Of a stretch of 64,000 bases of DNA, positions 49,127-58,765 are shown in pieces (position 1 is the first letter of the stretch; each line of letters opens with the position of its first letter). The stretch covers positions 20,615 through 84,614 of the forward strand of contig CAMNSD010000017.1 in assembly GCA_946554445.1 (NCBI GenBank). The letters are read 5' to 3'. A program made the position numbers and the translations under genes. Source of the stretch: an uncultured Lachnospiraceae bacterium. GTDB taxonomy: Bacteria > Bacillota > Clostridia > Lachnospirales > Lachnospiraceae. The notes beneath the pieces were generated by a model that saw nothing but the letters and a program-made list of their open reading frames with translations, was not told the DNA's origin and did not search any database.

Positions 49127-50296
49127 ATGATGACAGAAGAAATCAAAAAGCATCTGACAGAGTGTATCATTCCTTTTTGGAAAAAGCTGCGGGATGATGT
49201 AAACGGCGGATATTACGGGTATATGGATCATGACTTGAAAGTCGATGAGAAGGCTGTGAAGGGATGTATTTTAAACAGCCGCATCACATGGTTTTTTGCA
49301 AACGCCTATCTGGAACTGCAGGATGAGTCTTTGTTAAAAGAGGCAAGACATGGATACGAGTTCATGCAGAAATACTGTGTGGATCAGGAAAAAGGCGGTG
49401 TCTACTGGTCAGTTCGGTATGACGGCACACCGGAAGATACCACCAAACATACCTATAATCAGGCGTTTTCCATCTATGCCCTTTCTTCCTATTATGATGC
49501 ATCGAAGGACGAGAGTGCACTTGCAACAGCCATGGAACTTTTCCATATCATCGAGGACCGCTGTATGGATGAGATTGGTTATAAAGAGGCTTTTGACAGG
49601 GAATTCCACGAGATAGAGAATGATAAGCTTTCCGAAAACGGCGTAATCGCGGATAAGACCATGAATACATTACTCCATGTGTTTGAGGCTTATACAGAAT
49701 TGTATCGGGTGAGCGGTAATGTTGAGGTAAAGAAGAGACTGGAATGGATTCTTGACACCATTGCAGATAAGATTTATAATCCGACGCTGCACAGACAGGA
49801 AGTGTTCTTTGACAGGGAGATGCATTCCATTCTGGACTTACACTCCTATGGCCATGATATCGAGACGGCATGGTTAATCCGCAGGGGTACGGATGTGCTA
49901 GGGGAAAAGCTATATGAAGATAAAATGCTTCCAATCATACTTGACTTAACCGGTCAAGTGTATCGGACGGCCTTTGACGGGAAATCACTTGCCAATGAGT
50001 GCGAGAAAGGCGTGGTGGATGAAAACCGTATCTGGTGGGTACAGGCGGAGGCTTTGGTAGGTTTCCTGAACGGGTATCAACTGGCGCCGGAACATACGGA
50101 ATATCTGGACGCCGCCAAGGCGGAGTGGGAGTTTATTAAGGCACATGTGATCGATAAAAGACCTGGTTCCGAATGGTTCTGGGATGTGAATAAGGAGGGG
50201 GAGGCCGTGAGCGGTAAGCCGATTGTGGAGCCCTGGAAATGTCCTTATCATAATGGGAGGATGTGTCTTGAGGTGTGCAAGAGAGGGCTTTCGTAA
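49127..50296 (+). CDS. AGE-family epimerase, probable cellobiose/mannobiose 2-epimerase
   Basis: GGYYG, LNSRITWFF, KTMNTLLHVFEA, SYGHDIE, WWVQAEA, WKCPYHNGR. Confidence 0.92.
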   Translation: MMTEEIKKHLTECIIPFWKKLRDDVNGGYYGYMDHDLKVDEKAVKGCILNSRITWFFANAYLELQDESLLKEARHGYEFMQKYCVDQEKGGVYWSVRYDGTPEDTTKHTYNQAFSIYALSSYYDASKDESALATAMELFHIIEDRCMDEIGYKEAFDREFHEIENDKLSENGVIADKTMNTLLHVFEAYTELYRVSGNVEVKKRLEWILDTIADKIYNPTLHRQEVFFDREMHSILDLHSYGHDIETAWLIRRGTDVLGEKLYEDKMLPIILDLTGQVYRTAFDGKSLANECEKGVVDENRIWWVQAEALVGFLNGYQLAPEHTEYLDAAKAEWEFIKAHVIDKRPGSEWFWDVNKEGEAVSGKPIVEPWKCPYHNGRMCLEVCKRGLS

Positions 50297-50386
50297 GATG
50301 CTGTCATACGGGCTGGTTTACGGGAAAGCCATGACTGACAGGTAGTAATAGACGGAGAGTAAGCAAAAAGAGAATGGGAGGAGATT

Positions 50387-51559
50387 ATGTTGCATCAACA
50401 GTATTATGTGGAGTTGGAGAAGTACAATAAGCTGATCGAGAGAAAGAATGTGAAAGCCGACAGCTACAACGGGATTTATGACAGGTATCAGTATCCGGTG
50501 CTTACGAGGGAGCATATTCCGCTGCATTGGCGGTATGATTTAAATCCAGAGACCAATCCTTATTTTATGGAGCGGCTGGGTGTCAATGCGGTGATGAATT
50601 CCGGGGCGATTGAGTTGAACGGAAAATACTATTTGGTGGCCCGTATCGAGGGAAATGACAGGAAATCTTTCTTCGGCGTGGCGGAGAGTGACAACGGGAT
50701 TGACGGTTTTAAGTTCTGGGATTATCCGATTCTACTGCCGGATACCTGTCCGGAGGAGACCAATGTTTACGATATGCGTCTGACCAAACATGAGGACGGT
50801 TATATTTATGGGGTGTTCTGCTCTGAGAGCAAGGATACTTCCGTCAACGATCTGTCGGCGGCTGTGGCAGCGGCAGGTATTGTGCGGACCAAAGATTTAA
50901 AGGAGTGGGAGAGACTGCCTAATCTGGTTACCCTTCGTTCCCCGCAGCAGAGGAATGTGGTGCTGCATCCTGAGTTTGTGGATGGTAAATATGCTTTTTA
51001 TACAAGACCTATGGATGACTTTATTGAGACAGGATCGGGCGGCGGTATCGGTTTCGGTCTGTGCGAAGATATCACCCATGCGGTGGTAGATGAGGAGAAG
51101 ATGACTTCCATCCGCAGATATCACACCATTACGGAGGCCAAAAACGGCGCGGGCGCTCCTCCTATTAAGACAGAGAAAGGCTGGATTCATATTGCCCATG
51201 GCGTGAGAAATACGGCGGCCGGTCTGCGCTATGTGATCTATGCTTTTGCCACAGATTTACACGATCCTTCTAAGGTGATTGCGGAACCTTCCGGCATGTT
51301 GATCGGTCCCAGGGACTGGGAGCGTGTGGGCGACGTGTCCAATGTCGTGTTTACGAATGGCGCGATTGCTAAGGATAACGGGGAAGTGTATATTTACTAT
51401 GCAGCCAGCGATACCAGAATGCATGTGGCGGTGACGACTATTGACAAGTTGTTGGACTATGTGTTTAACACCCCGAAGGATCCGCTTCGTTCTGTGGAGT
51501 GCGTGGCACAGAGATGTGATTTGATTCAGAAAAATTTGGAGTTTTTAAAGAAACAGTGA
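50387..51559 (+). CDS. GH130, probable 4-O-beta-D-mannosyl-D-glucose phosphorylase
   Basis: [54 protein letters not shown]. Confidence 0.9.
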   Translation: MLHQQYYVELEKYNKLIERKNVKADSYNGIYDRYQYPVLTREHIPLHWRYDLNPETNPYFMERLGVNAVMNSGAIELNGKYYLVARIEGNDRKSFFGVAESDNGIDGFKFWDYPILLPDTCPEETNVYDMRLTKHEDGYIYGVFCSESKDTSVNDLSAAVAAAGIVRTKDLKEWERLPNLVTLRSPQQRNVVLHPEFVDGKYAFYTRPMDDFIETGSGGGIGFGLCEDITHAVVDEEKMTSIRRYHTITEAKNGAGAPPIKTEKGWIHIAHGVRNTAAGLRYVIYAFATDLHDPSKVIAEPSGMLIGPRDWERVGDVSNVVFTNGAIAKDNGEVYIYYAASDTRMHVAVTTIDKLLDYVFNTPKDPLRSVECVAQRCDLIQKNLEFLKKQ

Positions 51560-51594
51560 AGAAGTGCCAGACGCTTCGATGAAGGAGGAGAAAA

Positions 51595-52617
51595 ATGAGC
51601 GAAGTAAAGATGATCAGCCCGGTGGTGAAAAATGTACCTTGGCAGGAAAAACCAGAAGGACTTAAGGGAGCTCCAATCTGGAGATACAGCGAGAACCCGA
51701 TTATCGACAGGAATCCGGTGGAGGGTGTTGCCAGAATCTTTAACAGTGCGGTGATGCCTTATGGAGACGAGTTTATTGGTGTGTTCCGTGGAGAACAAGT
51801 AAATGGTATACCGTACATTTATCTAGGACACAGTAAGGATGCTATCCATTGGGAGTTTGAGGCGGAGAAGATTCCTTTTAAGGATGAAGACGGCAATGAC
51901 TTCATGCCCATTTATGCCTATGATCCCCGGTTGGTGAAGGTGGAAGATACCTATTATATCATTTGGTGCCAGGATTTTTACGGGGCGTCCATCGGTATGG
52001 CAAAGACCACGGATTTCAAGACTTTTACCAGAATTGAGAATCCGTTTATCCCCTTCAATAGAAACGCGGTACTGTTTCCAAGAAAGATTAACGGGAAGTA
52101 TATGCTCTTAAGCCGTCCGTCCGATTCCGGTCATACACCTTTTGGCGATATTTTCCTGAGTGAAAGTCCGGATATGGTGTACTGGGGCAGGCACAGACAT
52201 GTGATGGGCAGAAGCAGCGAGTGGTGGGAATCCGTCAAGATCGGCGGCGGTGCGGCGCCCATTGAGACTACAGAAGGATGGCTCTTATTCTACCATGGTG
52301 TGACCGGGACCTGTAATGGTCTGGTGTATTCCATCGGTGGTGCAATCCTGGATATTGACAATCCGTCCAAGGTGTTGTACCGGTGTGAGAATTTCCTGCT
52401 GACGCCGGAAGAGTGGTATGAGGAGAGGGGATTTGTGCCCAATGTATGTTTCCCCTGCGCGACCATTCATGATTCCGAGAGCGGTAAGATCGCGCTTTAT
52501 TATGGGTGCGCAGACAGCTATGTGGGACTCGCGTTCACGAAGTTGGATGAGATTGTGGATTATATCAAGACACATAGTCATACGACCGAGTCTGATACGG
52601 AACTGGGAATTAGATAA
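51595..52617 (+). CDS. GH130, probable beta-1,4-mannooligosaccharide phosphorylase
   Basis: IWRYSENPII, RIFNSAV, YAYDPR, FNRNAVLFP, KIGGGAAPI, VPNVCFP, YYGCAD. Confidence 0.9.
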   Translation: MSEVKMISPVVKNVPWQEKPEGLKGAPIWRYSENPIIDRNPVEGVARIFNSAVMPYGDEFIGVFRGEQVNGIPYIYLGHSKDAIHWEFEAEKIPFKDEDGNDFMPIYAYDPRLVKVEDTYYIIWCQDFYGASIGMAKTTDFKTFTRIENPFIPFNRNAVLFPRKINGKYMLLSRPSDSGHTPFGDIFLSESPDMVYWGRHRHVMGRSSEWWESVKIGGGAAPIETTEGWLLFYHGVTGTCNGLVYSIGGAILDIDNPSKVLYRCENFLLTPEEWYEERGFVPNVCFPCATIHDSESGKIALYYGCADSYVGLAFTKLDEIVDYIKTHSHTTESDTELGIR

Positions 52618-52630
52618 TAGATTTAAGATT

Positions 52631-52656
52631 AAAAAGGCTGTTTTGGCAGCCTTTTT
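52631..52656. terminator. Bidirectional terminator between convergent genes
   Basis: aaaaaggctg / cagccttttt. Confidence 0.75.
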
Positions 52657-52713
52657 ATGATGCAGAAAACTTTTCGGTTACATCCGGGGCTTCGAAATAG
52701 AGTTACTATTATG

Positions 52714-52755
52714 ACATAGGAAAATCCTTTCGCTTATCTGAGGCCGCGAATCGCA
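52714..52755 (+). repeat. Dispersed intergenic motif, copy 3
   Basis: cataggaaaatcctttcgcttatctgaggccgcgaatcgc. Confidence 0.65.
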
Positions 52756-52765
52756 TCTCACAAAT

Positions 52766-54079
52766 TTACTTTCCACCCCGCAATATGACATTAGCCGTAA
52801 ACATACCGTCCTCAAAATGAAATCGGCTGTAACCGCCGGTTTTTTCCGCGGTATGGCGCACGGCCTGCAGGCCTACGCCCTCCCCGGGACGCTTGGAGGA
52901 GAGGAACACACCGTTTTTCTCACGGATCTTTCCATCGTAAGCGTTTTCCACGGACAATAATACCATATGATCGGCATGTAAATGTGCCTGTACTTTAGTC
53001 TGTTGTCTTTCAGGAGCGGTCTTTAAACCGGCTTCCATCGCATTTTCAAGGAGGTTGGACAGCACGCAGCACAGGTCAGTCTCCGGTACCGGGAGCTGCG
53101 GAGGCAGGTCAAGTTCGAAGGTGAGCGGGATGTGGTGTTCCCGGTACAGCGCTGAGAAGTAGCCTGCCACACCATCCACCGCTGTATTTTTGCACAGTTC
53201 CAGTTCCACCGCCGGGATGCGGCCCTGCGCTTCGTCAAGGTATTTTGCCAGGTGATCCCAGTTTTCTTGGGCGGCGAGGCCCTGCAGGATATGGAAATGG
53301 TGGCGCATATCATGCCGTGCCTGTCTGGTCTGTTCGATGGCGGCCTGGAGACTGTCATACCGTGCCTGCTGCATGGACAGGAGTTGGTTTTCCCGTCGAA
53401 GACGGTCATTGTGGTTTAAACTGGACGCCATAAGGTAAAAAAGCGCATAGAACAGCAGGAGCAGGGCCAGGAGTGTAAAGGCTAACAGGATATAAAGCTG
53501 GCGGAGCCGTCCCTGTTCCAGAATGTCTGGCTCTTTGGGTATTAGAGAAAGGTTCAGGCCGATAAACAGGAGCGGCAGGATCCAGAATACATACCAGGTC
53601 TGGGCAAAACTTTCATCTTCCAGAAGTTTTCTTGCAGCATGGGTGGAAGGATGCCAGACGGCCAGGACGGTCAGGCAGCATATCGCCAACCAGAATAGAG
53701 TACCGCGCAGGGAGAGATGTGTTGCAGGCGCCCCTGGACTTAAGATACCGTTTATAGCAACGGCGGCGCTGCCTAGGCAGGAAAACGCGCCGCATATGGC
53801 AAGGAACACACTGACAGATTTCCACCGGGTAATCTTAAGCGTATGTACATAGAAAATTCCCATGATGGCGGCGACAGGGAAAAACAGCCAGATCGTATCC
53901 ACATGGAAAAGGAAGCCTATGGTACCGCCCAAGGCGCAGAGGAATAGCACCAGTGCTAAGACCATCACGACAAGTTTGGCCGAGGATATCCGCAGGTATC
54001 CTTTCATGGGCAGATAGGCGAGCAGCATACCTGGCAGAAGTACCATAAGTTCCAGAGCGGGACATAAGAATCTCGTCAT
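52766..54079 (-). CDS. AgrC-like GHKL sensor kinase
   Basis: Multi-TM N-terminus, RQARHDMRHH H-box, LSNLLENAMEA, GVGLQAV. Confidence 0.92.
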   Translation of the reverse strand: MTRFLCPALELMVLLPGMLLAYLPMKGYLRISSAKLVVMVLALVLFLCALGGTIGFLFHVDTIWLFFPVAAIMGIFYVHTLKITRWKSVSVFLAICGAFSCLGSAAVAINGILSPGAPATHLSLRGTLFWLAICCLTVLAVWHPSTHAARKLLEDESFAQTWYVFWILPLLFIGLNLSLIPKEPDILEQGRLRQLYILLAFTLLALLLLFYALFYLMASSLNHNDRLRRENQLLSMQQARYDSLQAAIEQTRQARHDMRHHFHILQGLAAQENWDHLAKYLDEAQGRIPAVELELCKNTAVDGVAGYFSALYREHHIPLTFELDLPPQLPVPETDLCCVLSNLLENAMEAGLKTAPERQQTKVQAHLHADHMVLLSVENAYDGKIREKNGVFLSSKRPGEGVGLQAVRHTAEKTGGYSRFHFEDGMFTANVILRGGK

Positions 54080-54795
54080 GATATATCCCTCCTTCCAAAG
54101 AGAAAGTCACCGAAAGCTAATCTTGCAGACTTGGCTAGGTCGCGGCTGACGGGAATCCTTTTTCCATTTTTAAGGATGAAATCTGTGCCGTCAAAATCTT
54201 CGGCGTGTTCCAAATTGACAATGATGCCCCGGCTGCATGGGAAGAAACGTCCATCCGTAAGGCTGGCGCTGAATTCGCGGAAAGTCTGGCGGATTACGGT
54301 TTCCTGTCCGTCTGTCCGGTAGATATGTATCTGGTGCTGGTAATGCTCTGCATAGAGAATTTCCCGGAGGAGCAGGCGGATGGCGCCGCTTGTGCTGCCT
54401 ACCTCGATATATCTTTCCAGGGCAGGGAAACGCTTAACAATCTCGTCAAATAAGTCAGCCAGGTCTGCGGCCGTGTAGGGTTTTACCAGATAGTGGAATG
54501 CCCGGACGCGGAAGCCTTCCAGGGCATGGTCAGTGGAAATGGTGGTGAACACCAGCAGGCAGTCCGTATCGAAGCGGCGCAGTGCCGCCGCCGTATTCAC
54601 CCCGTTTTCATTTCCCATATAAATATCAAGGAATACAAGGTCAAACCGTTCTGCTTCGGCGGCATTGAGAAAATCTGCACCGGAGTCAAAATCAAATATC
54701 ACAGCGTCAAGGGAAAGGCGGGCGATCTGTGCATCCAGCCCTGCTCTTAAATTATCCCGCTCTGACGCAATATCATCCACAATGGCGATTCGCAT
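54076..54795 (-). CDS. LytTR family response regulator (AgrA-like)
   Basis: MRIAIVDD, FLDIYM, YLVKP, ILYAEH, CSRGIIVNL; start reassigned behind ggggg. Confidence 0.93.
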   Translation of the reverse strand: MRIAIVDDIASERDNLRAGLDAQIARLSLDAVIFDFDSGADFLNAAEAERFDLVFLDIYMGNENGVNTAAALRRFDTDCLLVFTTISTDHALEGFRVRAFHYLVKPYTAADLADLFDEIVKRFPALERYIEVGSTSGAIRLLLREILYAEHYQHQIHIYRTDGQETVIRQTFREFSASLTDGRFFPCSRGIIVNLEHAEDFDGTDFILKNGKRIPVSRDLAKSARLAFGDFLFGRRDIS

Positions 54796-55128
54796 GTAAG
54801 CCCCCTTTTTCTGTTTAATGATCATAGGAATCTGCGTCTACTATATTATATCCACAAAAGCAGTAATCCATGGCGATTTCAACAAGAATTGCGCAGCAAT
54901 TCTTGGGACGCAGATTGCTGAATCTGCGTCCATTGTAGCACAAAAATACTAGGAAAAGCGTGAAGATCTATTACAATTCAGGACGGATTTTAACAATTCG
55001 TGCCACGCCTATGGGAAAATTCCGATAAATCCATATACTGAAAATATATGCCCATATGTTGGCAGATGTCAGACAAGGGCAGGGGTAAAAGGAATCATAT
55101 GATCGTAAAAAACAGGGGGAGGGCAAAA

Positions 55129-56139
55129 ATGGCGGATTGGATTATAGTGGTGGATGACGATATCAGCAATCTCAAAATAGCGGGACATATCTTAAGTAAG
55201 GAAAATATGCGTGTAACAGCTCTGAAATCGGGTCAGGCACTTCTGGATTATATTGCAGAAAAGGGAGTGCCTGATCTTGTTTTGCTGGATATCAGGATGC
55301 CGGAAATGGACGGCTTTGAGACTTTGGCTAAACTCAGGGAACAGGAAGCGGAGGGGGAGGAGGTGCCGGTCATTTTTCTGACGGCGGATGAAAATGAAGA
55401 GACAGAGACGAAGGGCTTGTCGCTTGGGGCCATGGATTTTATCAAGAAGCCTTTTGTGCCGGATGTGCTCACGCTCCGCGCCCGCCATATTATAGAGTTA
55501 AATCACCTGCAGAAGAACCTGGAACTGGAAGTGGATAAAAAAACGCAGGAAAATGAGCGCTTGTTCATCCATGTTGTTCAGGCGCTTGCTGAGGCGATTG
55601 ATGCAAAGGATACCTATACGAACGGGCATTCCGGGCGGGTTGCACAGTATGCCAGAGAGATTGCGAGAAGATATGGTTATAAAGGAAAACGGCTGGATGA
55701 TATTTATATGATGGGGCTATTACATGATGTGGGAAAGATAGGGATACCGGATGCAATCATCAATAAACCGGCCAAGCTGACAGATGAGGAATTTGAGGCC
55801 ATCAAAAATCATCCGGTCATGGGGGCCAGGATTCTAAAGAGCATTAAAGAGATGCCATCGCTTGCCACTGGAGCAAGGTGGCATCATGAAAGGTATGATG
55901 GCAGCGGATATCCGGATAGACTTTCCGGTACGGATATTCCGGAAGAAGCGAGGATTACTGCGGTGGCGGATGCCTATGATGCCATGAGCAGCAAAAGAAG
56001 CTACCGTGACGCGCTGCCTCAGGGAATCGTCAGGGAAGAGATTGAGAAAGGCAGCGGTATACAGTTTGATCCTGTCTTTGCAGATATCATGCTTGCGATG
56101 ATTGATGAAGATACGGAATATCATATGAAGGAGAATTAA
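55129..56139 (+). CDS. Response regulator with HD-GYP phosphodiesterase domain
   Basis: IVVDDD, LDIRMP; GHSGRV, LLHDVGKIG, HHERYDGSGYP, DAYDAM. Confidence 0.95.
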   Translation: MADWIIVVDDDISNLKIAGHILSKENMRVTALKSGQALLDYIAEKGVPDLVLLDIRMPEMDGFETLAKLREQEAEGEEVPVIFLTADENEETETKGLSLGAMDFIKKPFVPDVLTLRARHIIELNHLQKNLELEVDKKTQENERLFIHVVQALAEAIDAKDTYTNGHSGRVAQYAREIARRYGYKGKRLDDIYMMGLLHDVGKIGIPDAIINKPAKLTDEEFEAIKNHPVMGARILKSIKEMPSLATGARWHHERYDGSGYPDRLSGTDIPEEARITAVADAYDAMSSKRSYRDALPQGIVREEIEKGSGIQFDPVFADIMLAMIDEDTEYHMKEN

Positions 56140-56176
56140 GGCGCTGGAAGAACACAGCGAAAGGAATGAGATAATA

Positions 56177-58765
56177 ATGAAAGAAAACAGACAGGGAAAT
56201 GAACTGCGATTGATATCACATCTGATTTTGTTGATCACGATGGGGATTTTTGCGGCAATGCTGATCGTGCTGAACAGGATTTTGGAATGGGAGCTGTGGA
56301 TGATTCCCGTGATCATTATGGGTACGATCATCTGCTGGGCAATGCATATATCCCATCGGATGCCGGAACGGGTACAAACCTATATCTGTGGTATTTTTCT
56401 AATATTTCTTACATTTTATTATACTGTGAACAGCGATACGCTTTATGACAACACGGCGCTCATCATTATCCTGATTTTTTTGTTTGCGTTTCAGGGGGAA
56501 ACGATTCTGGCCGTTCTTGAGGTGATAGCGGGATATCTGGGAATTGTCCTGCAGATGTTCCTGATGCAGGGACTGGAATTGGACAGAATGGATACGGTCC
56601 ATGTGATCCGTTCCGGCTGGCAGCTTGCGTTGATTCCACTGGCAGCAGTTTTGGCGGACCGGATAGCGGAAGCCTGGAAGAATGCGGAAAAGGAGTACCA
56701 GCATAGGATTGACGAAGTGATGGTGGAAAATAACAGAGTAAATGATTTCCTGGCCAATGTATCACATGAGATTAGGACGCCTGTCAATGCGGTTATGGGA
56801 CTTTCTTCTGTGTTGGAAAAAATGGATCTTCCAGAAGCAATCCGGGGCAATGTGGCGGCTATATCGGAGGCTGGTCATAGGGTGGCCGAACAGATTGGCG
56901 ATCTGCTTGATTTTACAGAAATTGATATGGGAAAGCTGTCCGTGAGCCGGGAAAATTATATGATTAATTCCCTGATCAATGATCTTCTGGTGCAGCTTTC
57001 CTTTACGGGAAATTACGGGCTTGACCTGGTGATTGATATGGAAGCCGATATACCAGCTGGGCTGGTGGGAGACGGGAGCAAGATCAGGAAAATCCTCTGG
57101 CATCTGATTGGGAACGGGTTTAAGTTTACCCGGGAAGGCGGAGTGTATGTGCATATTTATCCCGTCAAAAGAGAGTATGGCATCAATCTGGTCATGGAGA
57201 TAAAGGATACCGGAACGGGGATGACGGAAGAGCAGATAGAACATATTTATGAGAAGTTTTACCAGTCCGATTCCGGGCGTTCCAGGACTGCGGGAGGGCT
57301 AGGGCTTGGCATATCAATTGTGAACGGTTTTACGAAGGCCATGGGCGGGGTCCTTTCGATAGAGAGCGTGCCTAAGGAGGGCACCACCGTCCGCGTCAGT
57401 ATTCCCCAGGAGGTGGAGGATGAGTCTTCCTGCATTTCCGTAGGAGATAAAGAGAACTGTGTGGCGGCAGGATTTTTGGGCTTCATGACAACGGGGCATC
57501 CCAAGATTCGGGGATATTATATGGAGATGATTGCCCATCTTGTTTCAGGATTGTCTATTTCTTTTCATAGGGTACAGTCCAGGAAAGAACTGGAAAACCT
57601 CATAGCCTCAGTCAAGGTAAGTCATCTGTTTGTGGGAACCGGAGAATATCTGGAGAACCGGGAATATATCGACCGTCTTGCGGATGAAATGAATGTGGCA
57701 GTGGTGGCGGATCAGGGATTTGCGGGACCGGTGGGAAGCCGTATCGCCATGCTCCCGAAGCCTTTTTATGGGGCACAGGTTGCCAATGTCCTGAATCATT
57801 CTTTTGATGAAATGGAGAGCTCCCGCAAAGAAAGAATGGTCTGTCCGGGATTAAGAACCCTGGTGGTGGATGATGAGCCTATGAATCTTCTGGTAGCAAA
57901 AGGAATCTTTGAGGATTACGGTATGGTTGTGACAACGGCCCTCGGTGGTCAGGAGGCTGTCGATCTATGTGGACGGGAAGATTTTGACATTATCTTTATG
58001 GATCATATGATGCCAGAGATGGACGGCGTGGAGGCCATGAAACGGCTCAGGATTAACGCTTCCAAAGACAAAAAGGAGCTTTGTATCGTGGCCCTCACGG
58101 CCAATGCCATAAGTTCGGCAAAGGAAATGTTCCTCTCCGAAGGGTTTGACGGATTTGTACCAAAGCCCATTGAAATCACGGAACTGGAGCGTGTGTTAAA
58201 GCATGTCCTGCCCAAGTCTGCCATTGTCTATCATCGGGAAGGATTTCAGAAAGAGATACCGCCAGAAAGGGAGATGCCTGCGGGGAAGGCACGGGATAAG
58301 TATGAAACACTGGGAGACTGCGGCGTGGATGTGGGGCAGGGACTGAAATATTGTCAGGATGACAGGGATTTTTATGACCAGCTATTGTTGGAGTACGCCA
58401 AGGATGGCGGAAAGAAGGTGAAAGAACTTCAAGCATTTTATGAGGATGGAAAATGGAAGGATTATGCGATACGGATCCATGCAGTCAAAAGCACATCCAA
58501 ACTGATCGGGGCGGTGAAACTGTCTGATACCGCAAGGCTTTTAGAGGAGGCATCCAAGCAGGAAAATGTGGATGAACTCCGTAAGACACATCCTGTTTTT
58601 CTGCCGCTTTATCAGCAGTTGATGGAAAAGATTGTGGGATTGTTGGGGCATGATGAGGAGAGTTTGGGACAAGACGGTGATGCGGGAGATATTCTGGAGT
58701 TCGAGCCGGTGGGCGGGGCAGATGAAGATGTCTTGGAATTTGGGCCGGAAGGGAGCGATATATGA
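56177..58765 (+). CDS. Hybrid histidine kinase (TM-HisKA-HATPase-REC-Hpt)
   Basis: SHEIRTP, NGFKFT, DTGTG, GGLGLG, VVDDE...MDHMMP, Hpt IHAVKSTSKLIGA. Confidence 0.93.
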   Translation: MKENRQGNELRLISHLILLITMGIFAAMLIVLNRILEWELWMIPVIIMGTIICWAMHISHRMPERVQTYICGIFLIFLTFYYTVNSDTLYDNTALIIILIFLFAFQGETILAVLEVIAGYLGIVLQMFLMQGLELDRMDTVHVIRSGWQLALIPLAAVLADRIAEAWKNAEKEYQHRIDEVMVENNRVNDFLANVSHEIRTPVNAVMGLSSVLEKMDLPEAIRGNVAAISEAGHRVAEQIGDLLDFTEIDMGKLSVSRENYMINSLINDLLVQLSFTGNYGLDLVIDMEADIPAGLVGDGSKIRKILWHLIGNGFKFTREGGVYVHIYPVKREYGINLVMEIKDTGTGMTEEQIEHIYEKFYQSDSGRSRTAGGLGLGISIVNGFTKAMGGVLSIESVPKEGTTVRVSIPQEVEDESSCISVGDKENCVAAGFLGFMTTGHPKIRGYYMEMIAHLVSGLSISFHRVQSRKELENLIASVKVSHLFVGTGEYLENREYIDRLADEMNVAVVADQGFAGPVGSRIAMLPKPFYGAQVANVLNHSFDEMESSRKERMVCPGLRTLVVDDEPMNLLVAKGIFEDYGMVVTTALGGQEAVDLCGREDFDIIFMDHMMPEMDGVEAMKRLRINASKDKKELCIVALTANAISSAKEMFLSEGFDGFVPKPIEITELERVLKHVLPKSAIVYHREGFQKEIPPEREMPAGKARDKYETLGDCGVDVGQGLKYCQDDRDFYDQLLLEYAKDGGKKVKELQAFYEDGKWKDYAIRIHAVKSTSKLIGAVKLSDTARLLEEASKQENVDELRKTHPVFLPLYQQLMEKIVGLLGHDEESLGQDGDAGDILEFEPVGGADEDVLEFGPEGSDI

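Noticed and set aside
56122-56188. MKEN ends the HD-GYP protein and begins the next kinase
   Set aside because: Only four residues with differing codons; likely coincidence
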